NCBI GenBank assembly: GCA_045632975.1
Contig: JAZQXR010000024.1
Coordinates: forward strand, 1 to 61,820
Source: Rikenellaceae bacterium
GTDB taxonomy: Bacteria; Bacteroidota; Bacteroidia; Bacteroidales; Rikenellaceae
DNA length: 61,820 nt
Direction: 5' to 3'
Shown: in pieces, positions 7,691 to 17,773 of the stretch
Layout of the letters: each line of letters opens with the position of its first letter
Position numbering within the stretch: the stretch's first letter is position 1
Made by a program: the position numbers and the translations under genes
Notes under the pieces: generated by a model
Told to the model about the DNA's origin: nothing
The model's database searches: none
The model's input: only the letters and a program-made list of their open reading frames with translations

Positions 7691-8917
7691 ATGAAATTTG
7701 ACACCATCATAATAGGCGGCGGATTAAGCGGACTGACTGCCGGTATTGCCCTCTCGCGTGCGGGGCAGAACTGTCTGATTATATCAGCAGGCCAGAGCGC
7801 GCTTCACTTCTTCTCGGGCTCGTTTGAGCTGTATGGCTGCGAGGGCAACCCCCTTAACGCGATTGAGGGGCTCGACAAATCCCACCCCTACTCCAAACTC
7901 GGCGCGGAGCGCATCGGCCATTTGGCAGAGCAAGTACCTCCGTTCTTTGCCGATATGGGTATCAAGCTGGAGGGCTGTGCCACACAGAACCACTACCGCG
8001 TAACACCTCTCGGCGTACTCAAACCCGCATGGCTCACCTTGAGCGAGTACCTGCGCGTGGAGAGCCCCGAACAGATGCCATGGAGCCGTGTTGCGATATG
8101 CGATGTGGAGGGATTCCTCGATTTTCAGCCAGACTTCCTGGCTTCGGGCCTTGCCTCAAGGGGCGTGGAGAGTACAATCACCCCCATATCACTACCCGAG
8201 CTGGAGCGTCTGCGCAACAACCCCACCGAGATGCGTGCCACCAACATAGCCAAAGTGCTCGTGGGCGACACACTACGAGCCCTTGCCCAGAAGATTAACG
8301 AGGCGTGTGGAGAGTGTGAGGCGGTACTCATACCTACTGTCGTAGGGCTGTTGGACAAATCGGCCACCGAGGAGCTGACCCGCCTTATCACAAAACCCAT
8401 ACACTTTGTTGCTACGCTCCCCCCGTCCGTGCCGGGCATACGTACACAGATTACCATGCGCCAACACTTCCGCGAGCTGGGCGGAGTCTACATGCTGGGC
8501 GATACGGTGCTGGGCGGCGAGATTGTAGATGGCCATTTGCGCAGTATTCGCACCGCAAACCACGGCGACGTAGAGTTCGAGGCCGACAACTTTGTACTCG
8601 CCACGGGCAGCTTTTTCAGCCACGGAATTGTGGCCTCTCCCGAGCGAATCTATGAGCCCATCTTTGGGCTCGACGTGGATGCTGCGGGCGAGCGCTCGGA
8701 GTGGTACGAGCGCAATCTGTTCCGCGCCCAACCCTACATGACGTTTGGCGTGGCTACCGACCAAAACTTCAGAGTAAGCAAAGAGGGCACAACCCTCGAC
8801 AACGTATATGCCGTGGGCGCTGCATTGAGCGGCTGCAACCCCATCAAGGAGGGTTGTGGCGCGGGTGTATCCATTCTCACCTCGCTCCATGTTGCGCACC
8901 AAATCATCAAACACTAA
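7691..8917 (+). CDS. glpB: Anaerobic glycerol-3-phosphate dehydrogenase subunit B
   Basis: MKFDTIIIGGGLSGLTAG...GQSALHFFSGSFEL parallels E. coli GlpB. Confidence 0.9.
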   Translation: MKFDTIIIGGGLSGLTAGIALSRAGQNCLIISAGQSALHFFSGSFELYGCEGNPLNAIEGLDKSHPYSKLGAERIGHLAEQVPPFFADMGIKLEGCATQNHYRVTPLGVLKPAWLTLSEYLRVESPEQMPWSRVAICDVEGFLDFQPDFLASGLASRGVESTITPISLPELERLRNNPTEMRATNIAKVLVGDTLRALAQKINEACGECEAVLIPTVVGLLDKSATEELTRLITKPIHFVATLPPSVPGIRTQITMRQHFRELGGVYMLGDTVLGGEIVDGHLRSIRTANHGDVEFEADNFVLATGSFFSHGIVASPERIYEPIFGLDVDAAGERSEWYERNLFRAQPYMTFGVATDQNFRVSKEGTTLDNVYAVGAALSGCNPIKEGCGAGVSILTSLHVAHQIIKH

Positions 8918-8929
8918 CCGCCGAGGAGT

Positions 8930-10171
8930 ATGAAAAAGACCAACTACGACCAGAGTTTTGAGCAGTGCGTCAAGTGTACCATCTGCACCGTCTACTGCCC
9001 CGTGGCGGCGGTCAATCCCGACTACCCCGGCCCCAAGCAGGCGGGACCCGACTGCGAGCGTTATAGGCTCAAGAATCCCCGCTTTTATAGCGACACGTTG
9101 GACTACTGCCTGAACTGCAAACGATGTGAGGTGGCCTGCCCGTCGAACGTCAAAATCGGCGACATCATCCTCGCGGCACGACTCAAATATAGCTCCAAGC
9201 GCCCAAAACTGCGCGACAGAATATTGGCGAATACCGACTTCATGGGCAACATGGCGACAACCCTCGCCCCTATTGTAAACGCTTCGCTCAAGCAGGATGT
9301 CACCAAGCGCATCATGGATGCAACCCTCGCCATCGACCTCCGCCGAACAATGCCCGCATATAGTGGCGAGCGTTTTGAGAGCTGGTTCAGGCGTGAGGCC
9401 AAAGCCACACAGGAGCGCTTCTCAAACAAAGTTAGCTACTTCCACGGCTGTTATGTCAACTACAACCACCCCAAGCAGGGCAAAGACCTTGTCAAAATAC
9501 TCAATGCCGTGGGCTATGGCGTAAGCCTTCTGGAGCGCGAGAAGTGTTGTGGTGTAGCGCTGATTTCCAACAGAATGGAGCGTCAGGCGCGTCGTCAGGC
9601 CGAGATAAACATGGCCTCCATCCGCACTGCGGTCGGCGCGGGTCATAAGGTACTTACCACAAGCTCGACCTGCACCTTCACCATGCGCGACGAGTACCCC
9701 CATATCCTCGGTATCGACAACGCCGATGTGCGCGAACATATAATACTTGCCACCAAGTTCCTCTTTGAGCTGGTGGATTCGGGACGCGTGCAGTTGGCAT
9801 TCCGCGAGGACTACCGCAAACTAATCGCCTACCACACCCCCTGCCACATGGAGAAGCTCGGTTGGGCAATATACTCAACCTCGCTGCTACGAATGATTCC
9901 CGGCGTGAGCTTCACCATGCTCGACTCGCAGTGCTGTGGCATTGCCGGCACCTACGGATTCAAGCGCGAGAACTACGAATACTCACAACGCATAGGCGAG
10001 CCTCTGTTCAACCAGATACGCCAATTGGCACCCGACATAGTCGCAACCGACTGCGAGACCTGCAAATGGCAAATCGAGATGAGCGCAGGCGTCGTGGTCG
10101 AGAGCCCAATCTCAATCCTTGCCGATGCGCTCGATGTGGAGAGAACCAAACAGCTGAATAATATCGAATAA
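8930..10171 (+). CDS. glpC: Anaerobic glycerol-3-phosphate dehydrogenase subunit C (Fe-S, CCG domains)
   Basis: CVKCTICTVYCP and CLNCKRCEVACP ferredoxin motifs are present. TDCETCKWQIEMS matches E. coli GlpC closely. Confidence 0.95.
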   Translation: MKKTNYDQSFEQCVKCTICTVYCPVAAVNPDYPGPKQAGPDCERYRLKNPRFYSDTLDYCLNCKRCEVACPSNVKIGDIILAARLKYSSKRPKLRDRILANTDFMGNMATTLAPIVNASLKQDVTKRIMDATLAIDLRRTMPAYSGERFESWFRREAKATQERFSNKVSYFHGCYVNYNHPKQGKDLVKILNAVGYGVSLLEREKCCGVALISNRMERQARRQAEINMASIRTAVGAGHKVLTTSSTCTFTMRDEYPHILGIDNADVREHIILATKFLFELVDSGRVQLAFREDYRKLIAYHTPCHMEKLGWAIYSTSLLRMIPGVSFTMLDSQCCGIAGTYGFKRENYEYSQRIGEPLFNQIRQLAPDIVATDCETCKWQIEMSAGVVVESPISILADALDVERTKQLNNIE

Positions 10172-10192
10172 AACAATAAAAAACGCTAACCA

Positions 10193-11662
10193 ATGAAAAC
10201 CACCAAATCGTTTAAGTATTGGCAGTGGCGTACCATCATCGCTACGATGATTGGCTATGCGCTGTTCTACTTTGTTCGCAAGAACTTCTCGTTCGCCATT
10301 CCTGGATTGAGCGCCGAGTATGGTATCACCAAGACCAGCTTTGGTATCATCATGACACTCACAACCATCGTCTATGGCGTATCGCGCTTTCTGAACGGAG
10401 TTATCGCCGACCGACTCAATGCCCGCTACCACATGGCTATCGGCCTGCTGCTGTGCGCTGTGGCTAACTTCGCATTCGGCTTTGGCGCCGATATCAGCAC
10501 CCTGATTACAGGCGAGACGGGTGGCCCCCAATTCACCAATACGCTGATACTCTTCTTCGGCATAGTATTGATTCTGAACAACTTACTACAAGGCAGCGGA
10601 TTTCCTCCGTGTGCGCGTCTGCTGACCCACTGGATTCCGCCCCAAGAGCTTGCAACCAAAATGTCGATTTGGAACACCTCGCACTCGATTGGCGCAAGTC
10701 TGGTAGCTATGCTTTGCGGCTACATCATGGGTACGCTGGGAATGAACTTGAGCGCTAACCCCGAGGTTGTTGCCTCCATTGCCGAGCACCTCCACATCAA
10801 CATGGAGGACACCGCACGCATGCAGAGCGTGCTGGAATCGGCTTCACACGTGGGCGCATGGCGCTGGTGCTTCTGGATTCCCGGCGCGCTGGCATTTGTG
10901 GGCGCAATAAGCCTGTTTATGATGCTGCGCGACACCCCCTCGTCGGTAGGACTGCCCGAGATTCACACCATCAACAAGACGGGCAAGGAGAATAGCGCCG
11001 AGTACAAAGAGTTCATCCGTAATAAGGTGTTCCGCAACAAGTGGATTTGGATTCTGGGCATAGCCAACTTCTTTGTCTATGTAGTTCGCTTTGCAGTGCT
11101 GGATTGGGGACCCACATTCCTCAAGGAGGCTCGCGGAATGTCGCTCACCAATGCCGGTTGGACGGTTGCCGTGTTCGAGATTTTCGGTATCATCGGCATG
11201 CTGGCAAGCGGCTGGCTCACCGATAAGCTGCTCGGCGGCAAGGCTCACCGCACATGCGTATTCTGTATGATTGGTGTGGCTGTGTTTATGACCATCTTCC
11301 TGTTGTTGCCCATCGGCACACCCATGTGGCTGATGGTAATCGTACTCGCCATGGCCGGATTCTTCATCTATGGCCCGCAAGCACTCATCGGCATCGCGGC
11401 TGCCAACCAAGCAACCAACCGCGCAGCAGCCACTGCTAACGGCCTTACCGGTCTGTTCGGCTACGCCAGCGGTATCGTGTCGGGTCTGGGCGTGGGCTAC
11501 ATGGTAGACCTCATCAACCAAACCAATCCCGAGAAGAGTTGGGACTATGTCTTTATGGGTATGATTGGCATCGCAGTTATCGGCACGCTTGTGTTCATGA
11601 CCATGTGGGGCGCAAAGGCCGACGGATATGACGACGAACAAGTTGAACCCGAAACAAAATAG
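10193..11662 (+). CDS. glpT: Glycerol-3-phosphate transporter (MFS organophosphate:Pi antiporter)
   Basis: 12-TM MFS protein. The N-terminus WRTIIATMIGYALFYFVRKNFSFA is like GlpT/UhpC, and the gene sits in a glp operon. Confidence 0.85.
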   Translation: MKTTKSFKYWQWRTIIATMIGYALFYFVRKNFSFAIPGLSAEYGITKTSFGIIMTLTTIVYGVSRFLNGVIADRLNARYHMAIGLLLCAVANFAFGFGADISTLITGETGGPQFTNTLILFFGIVLILNNLLQGSGFPPCARLLTHWIPPQELATKMSIWNTSHSIGASLVAMLCGYIMGTLGMNLSANPEVVASIAEHLHINMEDTARMQSVLESASHVGAWRWCFWIPGALAFVGAISLFMMLRDTPSSVGLPEIHTINKTGKENSAEYKEFIRNKVFRNKWIWILGIANFFVYVVRFAVLDWGPTFLKEARGMSLTNAGWTVAVFEIFGIIGMLASGWLTDKLLGGKAHRTCVFCMIGVAVFMTIFLLLPIGTPMWLMVIVLAMAGFFIYGPQALIGIAAANQATNRAAATANGLTGLFGYASGIVSGLGVGYMVDLINQTNPEKSWDYVFMGMIGIAVIGTLVFMTMWGAKADGYDDEQVEPETK

Positions 11663-11667
11663 ACACC

Positions 11668-12498
11668 ATGGACACAACCATCAAAAATAAGCTGGCCGGT
11701 ATCAAACACGTAGCGCTCGATATGGATGGCACTATCTATATGGGCGACTCGCTCTTCCCCTATACCATCCCCTTCCTCGAGAGGCTGAAAAGCATGGGCA
11801 TCTCGTACTCGTTCCTAACCAACAACCCCTCGAAGTCGCTCGACGACTACCTGCAAAAGTTGGCCAAAATGGGCATCCACGCCACCCCCGAGGAGATGTA
11901 TACCACTACCGTAGCCACCATCGACTATATCAAGTCGCACTACCCCGAGGCTCGTCGCCTGTTCCTGCTTGGCACACCGAGCATGATTTCGCAGTTCGAG
12001 CAAGCGGGCTTTATCTCCACGGCCGACGACGCCGACGATGTGCCCGACCTGATTGTGGCGGCATTCGACCTTACGCTGGTCTACTCGCGCTTGTGCCGCG
12101 CCGCATGGTGGATTTCGCAAGGCATACCCTACATCGCAACCAACCCCGACAAAGTATGCCCGACCAACCTGCCAACGGTGCTTGTGGATTGTGGCTCTAT
12201 CTGTAAATGCCTGGAGCATGCAACGGGACGCAAACCCGACATCACCCTCGGCAAACCCGACCCCAACATGCTGCTCGGTATTCTTCAGCAAAAACAGCTG
12301 CGCCCCGACCAAATTGCAATGGTAGGTGACCGCATCTATACCGATATTGCTATGGCACAAAACGCCGGAGCCGTGGGCGTGCTTGTGCTCTCGGGCGAGA
12401 CCACCCTCGAGGTGGCCAACGCCGCGCCTAACCCGCCCGATGTCATCGCCGCCAACATCGGCGAACTCGGCGAAATGCTCGAAGCCGCCCAATCGTAG
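11668..12498 (+). CDS. HAD-IIA family hydrolase (NagD-like sugar-phosphate phosphatase)
   Basis: HVALDMDGTIY (DxD nucleophile motif), LTNNPS and a late GDRIYTDI motif. Confidence 0.8.
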   Translation: MDTTIKNKLAGIKHVALDMDGTIYMGDSLFPYTIPFLERLKSMGISYSFLTNNPSKSLDDYLQKLAKMGIHATPEEMYTTTVATIDYIKSHYPEARRLFLLGTPSMISQFEQAGFISTADDADDVPDLIVAAFDLTLVYSRLCRAAWWISQGIPYIATNPDKVCPTNLPTVLVDCGSICKCLEHATGRKPDITLGKPDPNMLLGILQQKQLRPDQIAMVGDRIYTDIAMAQNAGAVGVLVLSGETTLEVANAAPNPPDVIAANIGELGEMLEAAQS

Positions 12499-12521
12499 CT
12501 TCAATACCGCCTATAAGGGCC

Positions 12522-12561
12522 AAAGAGAGCGTGCCCAAAATTCATTGGGCACGCTCTCTTT
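12522..12561. terminator. Bidirectional intrinsic terminator, member of the AGAGCGTGYCC hairpin family
   Basis: aaagagagcgtgccca-aaattcat-tgggcacgctctcttt lies between the convergent glp operon and the CHAT operon. Confidence 0.8.
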
Positions 12562-12704
12562 GGTACAAAGTCGCAAATAATAGTTATTTGAAGCCTCTCG
12601 CAAGCCAGAATATAATAACAGTTTACAGGCCGGACGGGCAAAACGGCATTATCAGGATACCATCCTACATCATCCACCTCAACACTACGTGCCGCCACCA
12701 ACGA

Positions 12705-14930
12705 CTATTCGACACCGTCCAACAAAATAAAAGAGGCCCAATAGTACGGATTGTCCCATCCGTTTTCTTTGTATGAGCGCAATGTCTGTTTGGCACGCTC
12801 CAAGGCATCGTGCTTGGTCATGCCCTCCACAATCCAATTTCTGTAAAAATCTATCATCAGCCTACATGTTGCATTGTCATCAACCTTCCACAGTGACATG
12901 AGAATACTATTGGCGCTGGCCATTTTAAAGCCTCTTTGCAGGCCAAAGACTCCGTCACCTTCCACATCTCCACGACCTGTTTCACACGCGCTCAACACTA
13001 TCAAATCCATACCTCGAAAATCCAAAGCAGATATCTCCAATGCGGTCAAGAAACCATCATCAACACCCCGCGGCAGCTCGTCACCAAACCACTTATTATC
13101 GGCTCCTGACAATAATAAACCACATCTATTCAAAGGGTGGTCACTAAAGCGTAATCTACCGAAGGTAGCATCATCATTACCCCAGAAATAGCCATGGGTT
13201 GCAATATGCGCAAGTCGAACACCTCTGCCACTCAACGCCTTGAATGAGGCTTCAGTTCCTCTTACGCCAATATACGCCGTAGTATGGAGCTTTGTTGAGT
13301 CTATTTGTCTCAATGTCATTACGATGCTATCTGCTTCAACTCGAGTACCCTCAAGATAGTCAAAACCCGCATCTGCAGCACGAACCAGATGTAATAAAGA
13401 TTTAGACGGAGAAGGTATTGATCGTTTTCGTTGGTTCCGTTTGCTATGTGCATCTGCAACCACATCATGATAATGCATATCATAACGTAGTCCGCCATAT
13501 ATGGCCGCCTGATTGCCACTGTTAGCCTTCCGTTCAACGGCCAACTCCCGAGTGGAGGAGAGCCGATATATAGGGAATATATCCGAGATAGCGTAGTACG
13601 AGCCATCATCGTTAGGGGGAAGATACGGGAAGTGCTCTATCGCGGAAATCAGAAGTTCGCCGTCAGCCGCAAAATAGACTCGCCCCTCTTTGGTTCTGGG
13701 CATGTTATCTACAATATCATCAACCCAAATAGCTTTACTTAAATTCCACAAATCTCGAGCCCTACTCTCATCGTACGACTCCAATGATACATTTTTGAGC
13801 GCATCCTCAAGCAAGAGCCTTTTGCGACCAACCTCCACCACATTACTCAGCCTTACTAATCGTGGTGAACGCCATCCTTTTTTGAGCAATATCGCGCCGT
13901 ATTCTCCATCGTGATTTCTATAAAACTCTATTGCCAGGTCATCCGCGCTCAACTTGGACGCAACATCTTGCCACTCGATATAGAGCTGTGGCAGCTGGAA
14001 CTCCTGCCCGGACTCTTTAAGTACTCGCAAAATCTCATAATCCAGAGAGTCAATAACCGATTGGGACGCTTGCATTTCAACACCTAATTGCCGTGTCCTC
14101 ATAACATCAATAGCACGTTGATTGCCACTCATATTGACATGTTCCTCAAAACTGCGAGTCGTATTGAGCAACAGACCTTTAGACAACAGCACCGCATTGT
14201 ATGCTGCCGAAGCGATCGGGCCTTTGGAGGCACGTTCGCTTGACTTATACGCTACGCTCAATGTCCTATGAATATACTGCGCCGCCGTCGACCAATATAC
14301 GGTTCGTTTTGATTCACAGGTCGAGCAGAACTCTGTTTTTATACGATTCACATATGCGTCATACCCCAAATTGTGATAATAGTTGGATTTGCCTTGAGAT
14401 AGTCGTCCTGCATAAATTCGAGATAGATCCAGCAGTGATATCAGGCATATTTCGCTACCGTCCCCAAAATACTGCTGTTTGAGCCGCAATGAGTTACGAG
14501 CATATCTTGTAGCCCCAAATGTACGTTCTGAAATATCTTCCAGTCGGGACATCAGGTCAAGATAGAATATTTGGGATAGTGTATCTCTACCGTCAAAGCC
14601 ACCCTGTCCATGACACTCAAACAGAGAGTTACTTTTATGAATTAGATTTAACCCCTGCTCGTTGTCGCCTTTCTCAACACATATATTCGCACACCACAAA
14701 AGGCACTCTGCATATTGCGCACTATTGGCAGTGTATTGAGCCTCATACGCCTCCAGCAACTTATTAAGAAGCGAATCCGCCCTGTTACTCTTGTCTGATT
14801 TAATCTCCGCCACCAACAGCTCTATCTTGTTCAAGCCCAAGCTGTCGCTGTCATGCACCACATTTGCAGCACAAGTCAAAGGCCAAGTAAACAGTAGCAC
14901 TAATGTGATAAGTATCGTTTTTGTTGACAT
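12705..14930 (-). CDS. Exported TPR-repeat / CHAT-domain (caspase-like) protease
   Basis: Signal peptide MSTKTILITLVLLFTWPLTCAAN. The CHAT catalytic dyad context is RLAHIATHGYF (His) and LIVLSACETGRG (Cys), with the CHAT tail SLWKVDD...YYWASFILLDG. Confidence 0.9.
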   Translation of the reverse strand: MSTKTILITLVLLFTWPLTCAANVVHDSDSLGLNKIELLVAEIKSDKSNRADSLLNKLLEAYEAQYTANSAQYAECLLWCANICVEKGDNEQGLNLIHKSNSLFECHGQGGFDGRDTLSQIFYLDLMSRLEDISERTFGATRYARNSLRLKQQYFGDGSEICLISLLDLSRIYAGRLSQGKSNYYHNLGYDAYVNRIKTEFCSTCESKRTVYWSTAAQYIHRTLSVAYKSSERASKGPIASAAYNAVLLSKGLLLNTTRSFEEHVNMSGNQRAIDVMRTRQLGVEMQASQSVIDSLDYEILRVLKESGQEFQLPQLYIEWQDVASKLSADDLAIEFYRNHDGEYGAILLKKGWRSPRLVRLSNVVEVGRKRLLLEDALKNVSLESYDESRARDLWNLSKAIWVDDIVDNMPRTKEGRVYFAADGELLISAIEHFPYLPPNDDGSYYAISDIFPIYRLSSTRELAVERKANSGNQAAIYGGLRYDMHYHDVVADAHSKRNQRKRSIPSPSKSLLHLVRAADAGFDYLEGTRVEADSIVMTLRQIDSTKLHTTAYIGVRGTEASFKALSGRGVRLAHIATHGYFWGNDDATFGRLRFSDHPLNRCGLLLSGADNKWFGDELPRGVDDGFLTALEISALDFRGMDLIVLSACETGRGDVEGDGVFGLQRGFKMASANSILMSLWKVDDNATCRLMIDFYRNWIVEGMTKHDALERAKQTLRSYKENGWDNPYYWASFILLDGVE

Positions 14931-14934
14931 GTTA

Positions 14935-15468
14935 TCAGAATTTAAATCTCAATGCGACGCCCATCGCATCGTATGGATTATCATTAGGATATGTGTATCG
15001 AGCCACTCCAACATCAATTTTATCACTTATCGGAGCGATGTATGCCACCTGCGCTTCCAACGCATGCGCTTTATTGTACAATTTACCAGCCCATATACCA
15101 AATGGGATTGCAATACCAGCGGCCACAACACTCACACATGGGATATATGCCCATAATGACCAGTCATTATTTACCGCCAAACAACTTCCGACAGCGACCA
15201 CGCCTAATGTTGCAACACTACCCGCAATTAATACATTCCGCCTCTGCATCCGCAAATGCTTAATTTTGTTTTTTATATCATAATTGTAAGCGTGAGCTAA
15301 AAAAGAGGCCTCTTTGTAGTAGTCCGTCATCAAATCAAATGGTTCTACACGAACCGAAGTGACGGTATCCACGACGCTCTCGTGGTCACCTAATAGACAG
15401 GTGCCATCTTGAGCTTTTATGGTACATGATATTAAAAATAATATTATTGTCATTAATCCTTTTTTCAT
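14935..15468 (-). CDS. Exported hypothetical protein with a central hydrophobic hairpin
   Basis: N-terminal signal MKKGLMTIILFLISCTIKAQ. There are two hydrophobic segments, and the C-terminus ...VALRFKF ends in Phe as OMP beta-signals do. It lies 4 nt from the next gene. Confidence 0.65.
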   Translation of the reverse strand: MKKGLMTIILFLISCTIKAQDGTCLLGDHESVVDTVTSVRVEPFDLMTDYYKEASFLAHAYNYDIKNKIKHLRMQRRNVLIAGSVATLGVVAVGSCLAVNNDWSLWAYIPCVSVVAAGIAIPFGIWAGKLYNKAHALEAQVAYIAPISDKIDVGVARYTYPNDNPYDAMGVALRFKF

Positions 15469-15480
15469 GAGATCCGGGAG

Positions 15481-16182
15481 TTAGTCATTGAACATAGATG
15501 GCGCATGGAGAGGCTCTCCCGAGGTGAAAATACGACAGCTTAATCTCATCTCAAAATACAGAGCCTCTATATGTGTTTTTGTAATATTATAGTACGAAAT
15601 CTTTTGAGGACTTAAAGGCGGTACTATATATGATCCTAACCGAGCCTCAAACTTCAGCCTTGTAAAACGAAAGTGAAGAGCGGCATACCAACATAAGCTC
15701 ATAGGATTAAAACTGTCGGGATATATTCCATTGAAGGAGAAGTTATCCCTGTTTTTAATTTTACTGCCAAGGTAAACGTCCGACTTAATACCCGCTCCGA
15801 AATACATAGACTCAACCTTGACATCTGCCGACAGCCAATGGCTATCCACTCCAGCCGCTCCAAATAGACCTTTGTTATAGTCATAAAATTGGTATTTATA
15901 ACCTAAACTTCCATTGTATTGAAGGAAACCACCCGCTCTGTACAATTCAACACCTGCACCCAGGTCCATGTATTTACCATATAAATATTTTTTATCGAAC
16001 ACAGTATTGTTGGCAGTCCACATATTGCCATGCTCCACCCTGCTCCCTGCGGCGTATACAAATACATTGGTCAATATTGGCTTTATCTGCGTTTCCGTCA
16101 TAGGCCTAACAACCTCTTGCGCATGCAGTCTACCCACAAGCGACAACAGGAAACACAGCAGCAGTAGAGCTCTGCCTTTCAT
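15481..16182 (-). CDS. Exported hypothetical protein, beta-barrel-like
   Basis: The probable start is MKGRALLLLCFLLSLVGRLHAQ; the ORF track's longer start is at 16224. The sequence has alternating aromatic and Gly-rich beta-strand character. Confidence 0.6.
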   Translation of the reverse strand: MKGRALLLLCFLLSLVGRLHAQEVVRPMTETQIKPILTNVFVYAAGSRVEHGNMWTANNTVFDKKYLYGKYMDLGAGVELYRAGGFLQYNGSLGYKYQFYDYNKGLFGAAGVDSHWLSADVKVESMYFGAGIKSDVYLGSKIKNRDNFSFNGIYPDSFNPMSLCWYAALHFRFTRLKFEARLGSYIVPPLSPQKISYYNITKTHIEALYFEMRLSCRIFTSGEPLHAPSMFND

Positions 16183-16186
16183 GTGT

Positions 16187-16888
16187 TTATTCCTTGTAAT
16201 AAACGTATTTGATAGCTCGCACATAATACTTGTTTTTCTTAATCCATCTGTCTTTGGGGCCGTATTTCTCGTTTTGTGTTGTGGTCACAACCGCTCTATT
16301 TTCCGGATCGTAATCACTCTCCACTCCGTTGATATTGGCATAACCCTCTATATCCTCTACGCAAGTCCAATATAGTTGTTCTTTGCTTAATGGAGTACCT
16401 CCCACCCCACGCAGAGCGGCATTTAGCGCATCAACACACCCCCCTCTTATGCCAAATATCAAATCCAGCTCGTTTTTAGTAGGGAGTCTCCAACTGCCTG
16501 CCCGAGGAAACTCTTCTGCTCCATTCTTCTTGTTGCACCAATTCTGTGCAGGGTATCGCTCAATACCTAACGACATCATTGCCTGATGCATCGCCACCCC
16601 GAATTCGGGTCGACGAACTTGTGTATTGTTTAACTTATTCTTATAAACTCGTTCTCCTATCAGCCCCCAGGACTGAAGTGATTCGTCAATCGAAACGGCT
16701 ATAATATATTCAGAGGCGTTAGAACTCTTCATCACATATGCAATAATGCCCTCGTTGCCGTACTCGTCAATATAGTAATCATACAGATTGTACTCTTCCG
16801 TCGAGTCATCTGTGTACACCCCTTCGGATTCAAATGAGCAGGACACAAGCCCGACTAAAGTTACTATGTATAGTAAAAATCTTTTCAT
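16187..16888 (-). CDS. DUF1566 (Lcl C-terminal-like) domain lipoprotein
   Basis: The probable start is MKRFLLYIVTLVGLVSCSFE (lipobox Cys). The hallmark AGSWRLPTKNELDLIF is the DUF1566 W-x-LP-x-x-x-EL motif. Confidence 0.7.
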   Translation of the reverse strand: MKRFLLYIVTLVGLVSCSFESEGVYTDDSTEEYNLYDYYIDEYGNEGIIAYVMKSSNASEYIIAVSIDESLQSWGLIGERVYKNKLNNTQVRRPEFGVAMHQAMMSLGIERYPAQNWCNKKNGAEEFPRAGSWRLPTKNELDLIFGIRGGCVDALNAALRGVGGTPLSKEQLYWTCVEDIEGYANINGVESDYDPENRAVVTTTQNEKYGPKDRWIKKNKYYVRAIKYVYYKE

Positions 16889-16895
16889 AGGTCGT

Positions 16896-17759
16896 CTAAT
16901 AAAATTTAGATTCGGTCTGCTGTAACGTAGAGCAATCAAACGTCATTACAAACGGGCGATGATTGTGATTCTCTATATTGATTTTGTTTTCTTGCTCTAT
17001 ATCGAGCATTTTCGTCTTGAAATACACATCGAACGCGTCATCGGCGACACAGAATGTAATTGGCATAACTATCGTCTGTTCAGTAGGATTCAGGTACGAG
17101 AATTCATATCCCACAGAGCCATAGTATAGTCGTTCTAATGTGGTCGAGACAAACGACACCGAATAAGAGACATGCCCACTGAATAGAGTTGCCGTGTTGG
17201 CATTCCTGAACACACAATAACCATTGTATGTGAGAGGCGTAAACTCTATCATGTGAGTCTGATTCGCTGGTGTTAATTGCGCAATGGCCTGTCCCAATAT
17301 ATTGTGTACATAGTTATCACTACGTTGGTCGGAGTAGAAGTAGGCCTCATTCAGCGATCTTACTTTCATCTGGAACCATGTCTCGTAATAATCAACATCC
17401 GAATTGTACCTTACGACGTCTGCTACAAATAGAAATTTATAGCCAAGATTTTTGTCCAAATGCTTAAATCTAATCCTTTTATAATCACGAAATGGAGCGA
17501 ACAAGGACTCTTTACTCAATAGGCTGTCTTGCTGATTATAACAGTATGCCGTTATACGTACGCGACAATCAACGGGGAGTTTGTCGACACGCATCATCTC
17601 AAACGAATTTCCATCGTACTGCAAGATACTCGAAAAGAGTTCGTCTGTATTAAACTCAAAGTCGATATGACGCAGATTAGTGTCGTTCAACTCATCAAAG
17701 TCCCTTTCACAAGCGACAAGCGCACATAGGCATATAGATATGAATATTAGTCTTTTCAT
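16896..17759 (-). CDS. Hypothetical lipoprotein
   Basis: Lipoprotein signal MKRLIFISICLCALVACERD. I recognise no domain. Confidence 0.65.
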   Translation of the reverse strand: MKRLIFISICLCALVACERDFDELNDTNLRHIDFEFNTDELFSSILQYDGNSFEMMRVDKLPVDCRVRITAYCYNQQDSLLSKESLFAPFRDYKRIRFKHLDKNLGYKFLFVADVVRYNSDVDYYETWFQMKVRSLNEAYFYSDQRSDNYVHNILGQAIAQLTPANQTHMIEFTPLTYNGYCVFRNANTATLFSGHVSYSVSFVSTTLERLYYGSVGYEFSYLNPTEQTIVMPITFCVADDAFDVYFKTKMLDIEQENKINIENHNHRPFVMTFDCSTLQQTESKFY

Positions 17760-17773
17760 TTCGGCAGGCTCTT

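Noticed and set aside
8273-12504. Antisense ORFs within the glp operon (8273-8914, 10844-11677, 11815-12504 and others)
   Set aside because: They lie opposite well-supported glpB, glpT and HAD genes and have no motifs.
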